DNA from: Eledone cirrhosa
Taxonomy: Eukaryota
Reading direction: 5' to 3'
NCBI GenBank assembly: GCA_964016885.1
Contig: OZ024743.1
Location: 167,958,001-168,022,000, forward strand
DNA length: 64,000 bases
Every line of letters begins with the position of its first letter. Position 1 is the first letter of the stretch. Shown here piece by piece: positions 1 to 13,939 of this stretch. The translations under genes were made by a program, and so were the position numbers. The notes under the pieces were generated by a model. That model was not told the origin of the DNA, did no database searches, and saw only the letters and a list, made by a program, of their open reading frames with translations.

Positions 1-430
1 GCTGGTACGATGTGTGTATTTTTAAACAATGCAACACGTGCGACGGGTCATTCGCAGATTTGCATTTGCTGTGTAAACACAGATAGTTAAATCTTCTCCC
101 TTGTCGAAAATCCGTCGATTTGACTACTGTGGTTTACGGATTAATGGTAAAATATATTTCTTTCATGAAATATATACAAGGAAGATTAATCATTTTAAAT
201 ATTTGAAGTTCTAGTTAAAATTTAATTAGTTACCTACCTAGCTGTGTGTGCTTACACATTTTACAAATTATCCCCTGTGATTGTTTCATGTGTTTATTTT
301 AGATATATATATATATGGCAATCAATTTCTAGTTGATATAAAATGTTCGGATCTATTCATTGGAATCTTTGAGCATATTCTACAGTGGATATGGCGCATG
401 TCTTTCGGACATGACACCCTTAATTTAATT

Positions 431-484
<54 letters not shown>

Positions 485-527
485 AATGATATTAAATAAA
501 TGGAAACTATATTTATAAAACCATATT

Positions 528-589
528 TATTCTATTATATATATTTCAAGGGTTCCAAAAACGTTGGTATGCTTTCATCAAATAAAATA
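528..589 (-). ncRNA. Minimal type-I hammerhead ribozyme motif (degenerate C3U copy in the inverted arm)
   Basis: Minus strand: TATTTTAT-TTGATGA-aagcataccaacgtttttggaaccctt-GAAA-TATATA-TA-ATAGAATA. Confidence 0.6.
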
Positions 590-867
590 CAAAGTGTGTT
601 TTATAAATTTTTGACATAGCCAAGGAAACATACCTTATCAGTTGAATTTCCCTTGGATAGTGATTTTAAAGGCGGTTTTTTTAAACATTCACATTTCTTT
701 CGATTAAATAATTAATTAATCTCACACTAATTCTTAAAAGATTTATCGATTAACAAACAAAATTGGAGTTATCTTTCCTTTCTCTATCTAACTCTGTTAA
801 TTTAAAACATTCTCAAAGCCGAACAAGATATTCAAATATATATAAATTCATAATTTTAACTACCTAT

Positions 868-1045
868 TTATTTACATAAAATACAAAATCAACTTACTCG
901 TAACTCATTATTTACATAAAATACAAAATCAACATCCCACGTAACTCATATTATAAATAACCACCTAAAACATAAACTACCTATTTATTTATTTATTTAT
1001 CTACATAAAACACAAAATTAATATCCCTCGTAACTCATATTATAA
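868..1045 (+). repeat. Degenerate ~40 bp tandem repeat (TTATTTACATAAAATACAAAATCAAC...GTAACTCA) x3
   Basis: Unit seen at ~868, ~908 and ~998. Confidence 0.7.
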
Positions 1046-1090
1046 ACAACTAATAATAATACATATGCTATTATTAAAATATATATATAT

Positions 1091-1208
1091 TGAGTTCAAA
1101 TCCCGTTGAGGTTAACTTTGCCCTTCATCCTTATGGGGTCGATAAAATAAAGTACCTCTAATGCACTGGTGAATTGCTGGCCTTGTGCCAAAAGTAGAAA
1201 CAATTATT
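1091..1208 (+). mobile_element. tRNA-derived SINE, 3' part (octopus-type SINE with Nin/Deu-like core)
   Basis: B-box GAGTTCAAATCC, core CTTCATCCTTATGGGGTCGATAAAATAAAGTACC, tail GGCCTTGTGCCAAAAGTAGAAACAATTATT; many copies in this window. Confidence 0.85.
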
Positions 1209-1590
1209 AAGATATAGTTATTTATATATTTAACCCACTACAATATTATAAGATAAATACTTACAAACATAATTCTCCATATAAATATATACATAATATA
1301 GGTAAATATTCAATTTTTTCCCCTAACTTAACGTATATAAGTGGTGTTTTTCTTTTTCTTTTTCCTCTTTCTTTTTTTATTTTTTTCGCTCCTACTCATT
1401 TTTTATAAACTTTCAATAGCTTTTAAAATAACGGTTTTTTCAATCATATAACTCAACCTCATTTACATATTCATTTGCATACTCATCCTAAAATATTGAA
1501 AAATCCTTTCTTTAAATTCACTATCCAAGTGAAATTCAACTGATCAGGTATGTTTCCATGGCTATGTCAAAATTTATAAAACACATTTTG

Positions 1591-1652
1591 TATTTTATCT
1601 GATGAAAGCGTACCAAAGTTTTTGGTACCCTTGAAATATATATAATAGAATA
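1591..1652 (+). ncRNA. Minimal type-I hammerhead ribozyme motif
   Basis: TATTTTAT-CTGATGA-aagcgtaccaaagtttttggtaccctt-GAAA-TATATA-TA-ATAGAATA; 8-bp stem I, stem II AAG.GTACCAAA/TTTGGTAC.CTT. Confidence 0.8.
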
Positions 1653-1757
1653 AATATAGTTTCCATTTATTTAATATCATTGAAATTGTCGAGTGCTCTG
1701 AATCAGTTATAAACATTTATATTTGTTGAATTTCCAACAAATTAAATATACCTTCTA

Positions 1758-1812
<55 letters not shown>

Positions 1813-1926
1813 CGAAAGAAATGTGGTAAGGAACCAGGTGGACCATAACGCACCAAAGTACTCAATACTTGAGGTAGAATTAGCCGTCGAAACGGCTTGA
1901 GCTCAGCTGTCGGGGTCTTACTGGTT

Positions 1927-1979
<53 letters not shown>

Positions 1980-2012
1980 AAGAAATTAAAAGATGGTTAA
2001 AAAAATTCCATA

Positions 2013-2082
2013 TATTTTATTATGCGCATTTCGAAAACAACATCTTCCTGGGACAAAAATTGTGTTCTCATCAGATAAAATA
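2013..2082 (-). ncRNA. Minimal type-I hammerhead ribozyme motif
   Basis: Minus strand: TATTTTAT-CTGATGA-gaacacaa...ttgttttc-GAAA-TGCGCA-TA-ATAAAATA; perfect 8-bp stem I, palindromic loop III. Confidence 0.85.
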
Positions 2083-2135
2083 AAGTAACATGATATGAGG
2101 CCTAAAAACACTTGTCAACAAGAAAGTGTCAAGTC

Positions 2136-2174
<39 letters not shown>

Positions 2175-2176
<2 letters not shown>

Positions 2177-3859
2177 AGGAGGTTATAGTTCACTTGAAGC
2201 ATTGTGTAATGAGGTATAAACGTTAGAATATGTGTAATAAGGCCAAGACAATGCAGATATGGACATAGAAAAAAGAATGCAATAGTGAGAGATATTGATG
2301 AGAATTCGTCTTTCACCTTGAATTTATTTAAATGTCCTTAATTTTCGAGATAATATCTCTTCTTCGGAGGGAAGTAAAAGTCTCAGACCAGCGTCTTAAA
2401 TTTCCAATGAAGCCATGCTGACTGGAAATAGTATAGAGTTCTAACTTTTATATCAAAGAATTAAAATTAGGTGGGTAAAGAGTAGTCTCCCTTTAAGAGG
2501 GGTTTGTTTATGTTTTTGTTGTGTTTTTTTAAATTTTATATGCGTGCCTGTATATGTATGTGGGAGAAAGCATGAAGGTGTAGGTATGTGTGTGTGTGAG
2601 TGTGGGAAGATAGGTCTAATCGTAAAAGTGGGGGGTAGGTGTTATCTGGTGTTAGAACTGGTTTTGTGTGTGTATGTGTGAGAGAGAATAAGTGGAGGTG
2701 TGTGCGTGCGTGTGTGTGGGGTGTGTAAAGTGGGGCTAGAGGCCCTATCAGGTTATAAATTGGGTGTTGAGCTCTAGTCTATTATTGATTGGTGGATGTG
2801 TTCTATCTATAATGAGTGCTTCCTTGATTCTAAGATTACCGAGGTTTCTTTCTTTAGTTTCTATCCTAACTGTTATGTTTTTATCAGTGTTTTTGCATTT
2901 AACTAGGTGTTTCTTAAATGAGGAAGCGTTAGTATTGAGGTGTTCTTTTATTCTTATGTGGAGTGGTCTGGTGGTGCTACCTACGTAGAAGTTGTTGCAT
3001 TTGTCACACTCTAGTCTGTAAACTACGTAAGCCTGGTGGCATAGGTCTGTGTCGTTGATGGGGCAGTTGGCTAGTCTGCAGCAGTTGTCATGTCTGGTGG
3101 AGTGTCTCTTAGCTAGCCGTCCACGCAAAGAAGGACCCGAATGGGCCAGTTGAATATCCAGACCTTCTCGTCTGATGGCTCTGCGGATGGCTGTTGTTGT
3201 TTCTTCACTGAAGTGTGGGAGCTTCAGGAAGCAAGTGTTAGTGCCTCGGGTGTGGTGTCCTCTGTTCTTTCTGGCACGGTTTGTGGTGGATGTCGTGTAT
3301 CCGTTCAGTTTGAGTACTTCCAGGAAATGTGTGGTGTGTGTGTCTCGGTCTCTGGCGTCGGTGCATTTGTTCTTGATACGTGCCAGTTCGTTCTTTATGT
3401 ATCCGAACTTGGCACCGAGTGGGAGGGCCGATCTGAAATGTACGAACAGGTCCCTGCTGGCGGATTTTTTATAGAAGCAGGTGTGGATGTTGCCTTCCTC
3501 TGTTACCCTGAGTTGGAAGTCCAGCAGGGATAGGGATCCGCGGTCATCGGGGTGTTCTATGCTGAATTTTATAATGGCGTCCATGCTGGAGAATGTTGTG
3601 TATATTTTCTCTGCCTCTTCACGGGATGATGTAAGGATGAGTATGTCATCTACATATCGGGTGAAGAGGGCATGGGAATGGCAGGTGTTGAGGGCTCGGC
3701 ATTCTAGCTGGTTCATGTAAGTGATGGCCAGCAGGCCAGAGAGGCTGGATCCCATGGGTAATCCTGTTGTCTGTCTGTATGTGTGGTGGTGGAAGGTGAA
3801 GTACGTGTTGTCTACTGTGAAGGACAAAAGTTGGTGTATGTCCGTCGGGTGGAGGCCGT

Positions 3860-3861
<2 letters not shown>
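2175..3861 (-). mobile_element. 5'-truncated Penelope-like element with 3' UTR/terminal repeat (degenerate HHR at ~2335-2370)
   Basis: RT+GIY-YIG ORF followed downstream by CCT-CCGAAGA-agagatattatctc-GAAA-at-TA-AGG; both ends abut (TA)n. Confidence 0.8.
2748..3861 (-). CDS. Penelope-like RT (C-terminal half) + GIY-YIG endonuclease; 5'-truncated but uninterrupted
   Basis: YRQTTGLPMGSSLSG, RYVDDIL, LSLLDF, VVYRLECDKCNNFYVGST..RIKEH, LRIKEALII..P.IN. The ORF-track N-terminus (YIYIY) is a microsatellite artefact. Confidence 0.92.
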
Positions 3862-3900
<39 letters not shown>

Positions 3901-3931
3901 AAAGAATAGAGGTGTAACACACAAGTTATGA

Positions 3932-6546
<2,615 letters not shown>

Positions 6547-6548
<2 letters not shown>

Positions 6549-7100
6549 CGTTTCTGAATTTGTATAGCAAGACTCTTTATCTGAAATCTACACACAGAAA
6601 AGACGCAATGTTTAGACAAATTACAGAGGCAATAAACATAAAAGAATTACAACCAAAATTAAATAGAAAATATGAGTGGAACAGCAACATCACAACTTAC
6701 AATTAAGGACAAAATGAAAACACACACACATAGAACAAACAACCAACCAGTAACATGTAAATAAACAAATAAATAAATGAACATAAACACACACAGACAC
6801 CCGGATGTGGCGCATGCGCAGACTGAGCACACAACACACAGAAACAAAATGGCGTAGGACAGAACAAAGGAGAGGCACAGAAACAAAGAAAGGAATCCCC
6901 AGTCACTGAAGAGGTCACAGAGTGTGTGACGAATGAACTAATACTATATATAAACAACTATCTGGTTGTGGAACCAACCAACCAACCAGAAATTTATAAA
7001 TTTATAAACTTATGAATTTATAAATATATAATAAATTGAAGTGAAAGCAACTGGTGCGTGTGTTTCTTATTGGCAACATGACCCTCCCAAAGTATAACAA
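6547..7100 (+). mobile_element. PLE 3' fragment: GIY-YIG tail + terminal repeat with HHR-like core (6902-6934)
   Basis: Translates ..RQITEAINIKELQPKLNRKYEW; GTCA-CTGAAGA-ggtcacagagtgtgtgac-GAAT; same family in reverse at 21410-21640. Confidence 0.7.
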
Positions 7101-7103
7101 TAT

Positions 7104-7168
<65 letters not shown>

Positions 7169-7172
<4 letters not shown>

Positions 7173-7250
7173 TTGACTTTGTTAGTTTCAGAAGATCCCG
7201 TTAAGGGTGAAAGCAGCGATTCTTTGCTTAAACTTTAATCTGTTATTTTA

Positions 7251-7256
<6 letters not shown>
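7169..7256 (+). mobile_element. Solo PLE terminal fragment in (TA)n with HHR-like core CAGAAGA-tcccgttaagggt-GAAA
   Basis: Near-identical reverse complement at 35563-35650, downstream of a GIY-YIG fragment. Confidence 0.65.
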
Positions 7257-7313
<57 letters not shown>

Positions 7314-7321
7314 CTGTGTTT

Positions 7322-7368
<47 letters not shown>

Positions 7369-8348
7369 TGTTTCTTATCCGAAATATGTTTTTTCTCTCT
7401 CTCTATATATATACATATATCTTTTTAATTTGGTTATATATATATATATGTATGTGTATGCCCACGCGTATAATTATAGAGATAAGCATGTGTCAGTGTA
7501 TTCATATATAAATGTATAGTCATATTTATCTGTGTCTGGGTATGCGCATGCGTGTGTGCGTCTGTGTGTCTCTCTCTGTATATGAAAATCTATTTGTGGC
7601 AGTGTGGGAATTATATGCGTCTGCATCACTCAATATATAGAATAGATATTCAAATCGCTATAGTAATGGTGGTCATTCACGGTAGCCATGTTAGTGCATA
7701 GTTAACTGTCAGTAAAGAGGTGCTTGCTATTTTATTGTATATTACTATATTAGGACTGTTTGTGTATCGGCATATATATTTTTGTGTGTAGCAAGTGTGT
7801 GTGTTTGTATATGTGTGTGTATGTATTTGGGTGTGTGCTTGTGTGTGTAAGTATGTGTCTTTTAATTATGTTTGCATGCGTGTGTATATCTGTGTATATT
7901 AATATACAAATACAAGTATATTTCTGAAAGCCTGTCTTTGTATTACTGCTCGGATTTGTGTGCAAATATGAGTGTATGCGGATTGTTTTTATTGTGTTTG
8001 TATACGTATGTCTATTTGCACGCCAGCATTTGTGTATGGGCAACATGTTTTAGAGCCAATCTGTTTCAATTTGTGTATATACTTATATGTTAGTTTATAT
8101 GTGTGTATGTATGTATATATGTATGGTCTGGTATATAATTGTAATTTTGTATGTTTGCGTGTATATATGCCTTTGTCTGAGAAAATGTGTATACATTTGC
8201 GTGGTTGTTGGTGTGTGAACTCATATATGTGTAATCTAATATATTTTATGAAGATGGGGTTGGTTTCAACTCTATGGTGAATATATACTGTATGCACACA
8301 TGCATAATTACATTCTAAAGTATGGTATGTATATATATATATATATAT

Positions 8349-8647
8349 ATTAATAAAAGGAATTCCTACTTTGTCTTATTTACTCGTTTTATTTACATTC
8401 CTTTAAAACTTATAATGGTATTAGAATGAAATAGTATGGTAGAATACTATTGACAGTTGAAAATTGCAAACTTTACTGTCACCACACAATATGAACCTGA
8501 AGATTGCGAAAGCATGAAAGTACTTGTTCAATTAACACTTAACATTTAATATTCTACCATACTATTTCATTCTAATACTATTTTACATTTTAAACGATTG
8601 TAAATAAAACGAGTAAATCAGACAAAGTTGGAATTCCTTTTATTAAT
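8349..8647 (+). mobile_element. ~300 bp fold-back mini-element between microsatellites; ~95 bp inverted arms, HHR in the loop
   Basis: TAATAAAAGGAATTCC...GTAGAATA (8351-8446) vs TATTCTAC...GGAATTCCTTTTATTA (8550-8644). Confidence 0.75.
8492..8530 (+). ncRNA. 39-nt minimal type-I hammerhead ribozyme motif
   Basis: TGAAC-CTGAAGA-tTGC-GAAA-GCAt-GAAA-GTAC-TT-GTTCA. Confidence 0.85.
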
Positions 8648-8686
8648 ATAATCTTCTATACACAATCATACACACCCGTGTATATT

Positions 8687-8849
<163 letters not shown>

Positions 8850-9276
8850 TAGGGTTATTATTTTTTGAGTTTTGGGAAAACAATTGATTTTCTGTATCAT
8901 AATTCGATGAACGTTTGTTCAAAAATAATGAAGAAAGGTTTAATTTTGTTTATTTAAAAAGATGTCTCCCCAGCACGAAATTTCTAAAATCATATATAAA
9001 TATAGTAGTACTATGACTTTCTGGAACCTTTTAAGACTTTCTGAAACCTTCTAGAATGTTATGGAGATTTCTAGAACTTTTTGAAAATTAATGACGTGTA
9101 TTTTGTGGGACTATATAATCGTTAGCGCAGGTTGGATTGCCATATAGATAAGGTACATGGGAAAAATGTGTTGTTATCAAATATCTTTCCTTCTCTCTGA
9201 GTATACAAGCTTCCTGATTAAGAAAGCAAGCTGTTGATTTGCTGAAAGATTTCCAAGCATTCATTTTTAAGCATAA

Positions 9277-10467
9277 TACTAGCAGTAAAGCCCGGCGTTG
9301 CTCGGGGTCGCTCAGTAGCTGTGTTAAAGTTACAATGTTAAGTTTCTTTTTTGGCTTAAAAATTGTAGTGTCTACTGTGCAGACTTGCATGTGGTGTTTT
9401 TTATTAATATTCCCTCAACCAACAATATGCCTTATGAAGTTAAGAAAACATAACGATAACTCGAATGTTATAACAAAAGAGGATGCTGGGGATAAAAACT
9501 GCACTGGTTATTTATTAACAAAGATCGAAAATGTAAACACTGCAACGCAGAGAAAAACATTAGCGTAACCAAATTATCAGTTATGTCTGTCTGCACGCCT
9601 ATATCACCTCTCTGCACGACTATCTGTCTGCACGCGTATATCACCTCTCTGCACGACTGTCTGTCTGCACGCGTATATCACCTCTCTGCACGCCTAACGA
9701 AATTTACAAATACATATATTTTAAATAAACTTATATAATTTTTGCTTTTTTTTACGAAATATTTGCTTGTTTTACGTAGTCTTTAAATAGACTTGTTTTC
9801 AAGTAAAAATATTGTTTTAAAAGGCTTTTAAATGGAAATGAAGCAAAACGGAAGCTTAGTGTTCGAACTGATGAATTTTGCAGGTCAAAATTTTGCTGGC
9901 TCGACAACTGTTCGTGTATTGTGTTAATGTCATTTTAAACGCTGAGAAAGCCAGCGTAATTTTTTTACTTTTTGCACGCAGAAAATGTAAACAGAACGTA
10001 AGACGCTCAATGTAAATAGAACAAAGGGAAATAACTCGTCACTTACGCTCAAAAATCGATACATTAGATTCGATTTCGTCACATAGGGTGGGTCAATTTG
10101 AAATATTTTTTTTCCGATGTCTTCGCTAGGGCTCAATGTACAAGTATAGCAATTTCGGTGCAATTCCGTCAGAGATTCTAAGAGGAGATGTGTGCCAAAA
10201 ATCGATAGACAGACAGACAACCACAGCTTTATATATATAGATAGAACAAAGGGAAATAACTCGTCACTTACGCTCAAAAATCGATACATTAGATTCGATT
10301 TCGTCACATAGGGTGGGTCAATTTGAAATATTCTTTGTCTGATGTCTTCGCTAGGGCTCAATGTACAAGTATAGCAATTTCGGTGCAATTCTGTCAGAGA
10401 TTCTGAGAGGAGATGTGTGCCAAAAATCGATAGACAGACAGACAACCACAGCTTTATATATATAGAT
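9277..10467 (+). mobile_element. Non-autonomous Helitron/Helentron (HINE/DINE-1-like) element with duplicated 3' end
   Basis: 5' TACTAGCAGTAAAGCCCGGCGTTGCTCGGG hairpin; internal ~37 bp tandem repeats (9585-9695); 3' GACAGACAGAC..TTTATATATATAGAT end present twice (~225 bp duplication, 10017-10241 / 10242-10467). Confidence 0.65.
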
Positions 10468-11638
10468 TTCAGAAAAAGATTGCTACCACCACTGAAAGAA
10501 AAAAAAATCTGGACGAAGAATCTCATAAGATTTCAAGAATCACATAAAAAAAGAACTGTTCCACAAGAACAAAAGCAGGATACCACTCAAAATACAAATT
10601 GCTGGTTGCTATCTGTTCCATGGATCATCCATCAAAGGAAGGAAAGACCGTATAAAAAAATCGCTAAAAAAAGTAACAAGTATATGGTAAAAGAAATTAA
10701 ATTTCCCAAATATATCAACTCAAGTCATACAGGCAAAACTGGATCTGATGTTAAACACCTTGGATGAATGTGTAAAATGAGTGAATGAAATGTTTGACAT
10801 CACAAAAGAAAATGGTGAATGGCTGAGTAGTGAGGACAGACGATTATATCATCTTCAGATGAAAAGCAAAAGACATGTTGGATATACAACTGGAAAAACT
10901 GCGAGTTCGAAAAGTATTCATCCATCCAAAAGAAGAAAAGTGATCTTGGAGTAAACTACAACAACAACAACAACTTCAACTTCCCAATCAGAGAGTGAAT
11001 ATGAAGAGTCCAAAAGTTCTAGAGAACAATTTACAAGAAAACGAAAGTAGTATAGCAAAACGAAAACTGCAACCAAATTAGTAACAACCTTATCAACCAG
11101 CAAACCAGCAAATGTTTGTCAGCAGTTATCTTAAGAAAGAGTTGATGTTCAGAAACCTTCCCAATCTGGTATTTACAGATCTATTAAAGAAGCTGTTAAA
11201 TTTAAAGAAGAAATGAAGAAAACACTATATTTGCATGTTGATGGTAAACGAATTGATGGCCGAGAATATCAAGTGTTCGTTTTGAAGAATATCAGAAGAG
11301 AAGTTGAGTTAGAAGCATTAGGTCTACCAAGTGGAAAAATGGATACTGTTGTCAAAGGAATAACAACTGTTCTGGGTGAATACAATTTATGGAGGAGCAT
11401 AAAAATAATTGTTGCAAACACTATGAATGTGAATACTGGGAGCAGGAATGGAACTGTCATTCAGTTACAAAGACTATTTCCTCAAAAGAAACTGGACGAA
11501 TCACAATTCATTGGCTGTCAAAATCATATTCTTGACCGAGAGCTTCACTTAACAATGGATGACGAACTTGGAGGAAATAACGCATCATCCAATATCGAAT
11601 ATCCATTTATCCGTGACTACGAACACATCATTCGCTAG
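10468..11638 (+). pseudogene. Decayed DNA-transposon transposase (hAT-like, resembles hATm group)
   Basis: LHVDGK, IIVANTMNVNTGSRNG (DTTxxNTG-like), FIGCQNHILD (CxHH-like); stops and frameshifts upstream; TAGGGT possible terminus at ~8850. Confidence 0.7.
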
Positions 11639-12244
11639 CTCAGTTAAATATATTTGTATGTCTGTGTGACTGTGTGTAACATATTATTTGCTAGCATAGT
11701 TTGCTAGCATATATTTGTAAGACAATTTGACTGTGTGTATAACGTATCAATCCCTAACACAATTAAAAACAACTAACTCAATCTGTTCAAATGTATATCA
11801 TTGATACTTTCAGTGTCGTCATATAGTCATTTTCATCAGTGAAACTAATCTACAATGAGAAAACGAATATGTAGAAATATCTCAAACGCTCTGTCTGACT
11901 TTCTCTCTCTTTCTCTCTCACGTTTGGCTTCTCAAAACAGAGTATGGCGAAGTATCTCTTGCGCATAGTAATTAAGTGTAGGTGCATCCGTGGTAAAAAA
12001 ATTCCCACACCCGATCGTCTCATTTTTGAATTGTTTAATTAACCTATACTAATATTTTCGTCAGTTTATCATCGTCCTTTTGTTTAGCCATTCATCATAA
12101 CATTCCACTCTTCTCTTCTTCTATTTTTGTATTTACTGCATCAAACCACGACTTCTTATCTTGATCAAATTAATATATAATAGTGAGACTTCGAAGTAAA
12201 CAGTCATTATATATAATAAATACTACACATACACACACAAATAT

Positions 12245-12350
<106 letters not shown>

Positions 12351-12361
12351 ATGTATATATA

Positions 12362-12427
<66 letters not shown>

Positions 12428-12429
<2 letters not shown>

Positions 12430-13352
12430 AAAAAGTATGACCCCGACGGCAGAGCTCAAGCCGTTTCGATGGCTATTTCTGGACTAAATTAGAATGTTTA
12501 GCCTGGTGAATAAATAGCCGAACTTGTCAAGGGGGTATTTCCTTATATGGGAAGATTGTAGTTGTCAAGAGGATTGGTTAAAATTTGTTGTAAACATAAA
12601 TAAGTCTATCATGGCATTTGGTGGGAGGTAGGGGTGGCTGAACTTGCCTGTAGAACAATAGGGGAGTGAGTGGAGCGGTCAAGCATTGAAAGTGATATGT
12701 ATACAGCAGATTCTAAGGATAGTGTATGAAGTGGAGGATGGAGGTTATAGAATAGGTAAATCGAATGAGAGTAGGAGACAATAAAAGATAATAGAAAGAA
12801 ATAAAAAAATATATAAAATTAGATAGTGAGAAATAAATTAAAAAAATCACAATGCTATCTTACAATTACAGGTTAATAAGTTGAGAATAGAAAAAACTTG
12901 TAGAAATTGAGTAGTAACAAAACTGATACAAAATTAAAGGGGTTTAACACATCTGCTATAAGTAGTTAGTAAAACGTATTCGGCCAATTCTATCTTAAAA
13001 TTACAGGGGTGGGGGAACTGATGCTACAGAGGCCCGATGGGCTGCACCGGGGTAGGCGAAAGGGGAAAAGCAGACGAGGAAGAAAATAGGGGGTGGAAAG
13101 AAAGTGATAGGATGAGACAGGGGAAAGAAGAAGACAAAGAGGAAAAGAAAAGAGATAAATCTACCTATGTAAGCTGGGGTTTCCCCTAACTTATTCGGCA
13201 AGTGTGTGTGTGTGTGTGGGGGGGGGGGGGGGGTTATAAGCCCTTGTCTCCCCACCCATTATGGGGTTTGAGGGTGAGGTAAGTCCTACGCAATCTGTGT
13301 TTGCATGTGGTTACCAGTTCGTCTTTCTTGTTTAGGAGTTGGTCCTTCGAAA
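12428..13352 (-). mobile_element. PLE 3' remnant (endonuclease tail + 3' UTR/terminal repeat)
   Basis: Minus strand DQLLNKKDELVTTCKH at ~13300-13345; the end at 12435-12480 matches 1878-1920 in reverse. Confidence 0.6.
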
Positions 13353-13417
13353 ACATATATATATATATATACATGCATTAAAATATATATTACCAAACAC
13401 TGTTAATTATATCATAA

Positions 13418-13462
13418 TTTAATTTACATATGTTTCATCCTAATAGGACTCATCGGAATAAA
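13418..13462 (-). ncRNA. Minimal hammerhead ribozyme motif (U4C variant)
   Basis: Minus strand: TTTATT-CCGATGA-gTCCTattAGGAt-GAAA-CATATG-TA-AATTAA. Confidence 0.7.
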
Positions 13463-13939
13463 CTAACATATGGACACCTCAACATATTCATCTAATCTAG
13501 CAACATAGCATACCGGAAAACATTTTGTTTACATTTTAAGAAACGCACCGTCATACAAGGAAATAGTCCTTAACACACGTATCATGATAAGTATTTTACA
13601 TTAGCACTCAAACGAATAATTATACGTTAAAAGAGTATTGTAATCATAATGTTTCCTTTTAGCAATAGATACTAAGTTCATCCATATAAATACCAAAATG
13701 TACAAATGTATACATCTAAACACATACATATCCATATATAACTATATACCTATATAAACCTACACACATATATATATATGTCAATACATACATAGATATA
13801 CATACACAGATGTATATAAACTATCAAATTTAATAAGAATATGACAGATTAGTTGAGTTAGTGAATATTCTAATAACTATTACCCCAGAATCGGAAATCA
13901 TACTATAGTAATTATTTAGGGAAAACAATAGAAGGTGGT

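Larger units (their letters stand above)
483..1760 (+). mobile_element. Non-coding fold-back element (PLE terminal-repeat derivative) between (TA)n tracts; ~200 bp inverted arms at 483-680 and 1501-1682
   Basis: Arms are reverse complements (e.g. CAAGGAAACATACCTTATCAGTTGAATTTC vs GAAATTCAACTGATCAGGTATGTTTCCATGG). Each arm carries an HHR motif. Related copies at 35048-35360 and 36350-36600. Confidence 0.7.

Noticed and set aside
9585-9695. 37-bp repeats as a possible CRISPR array
   Set aside because: Contiguous tandem units without unique spacers; eukaryotic context; no cas genes
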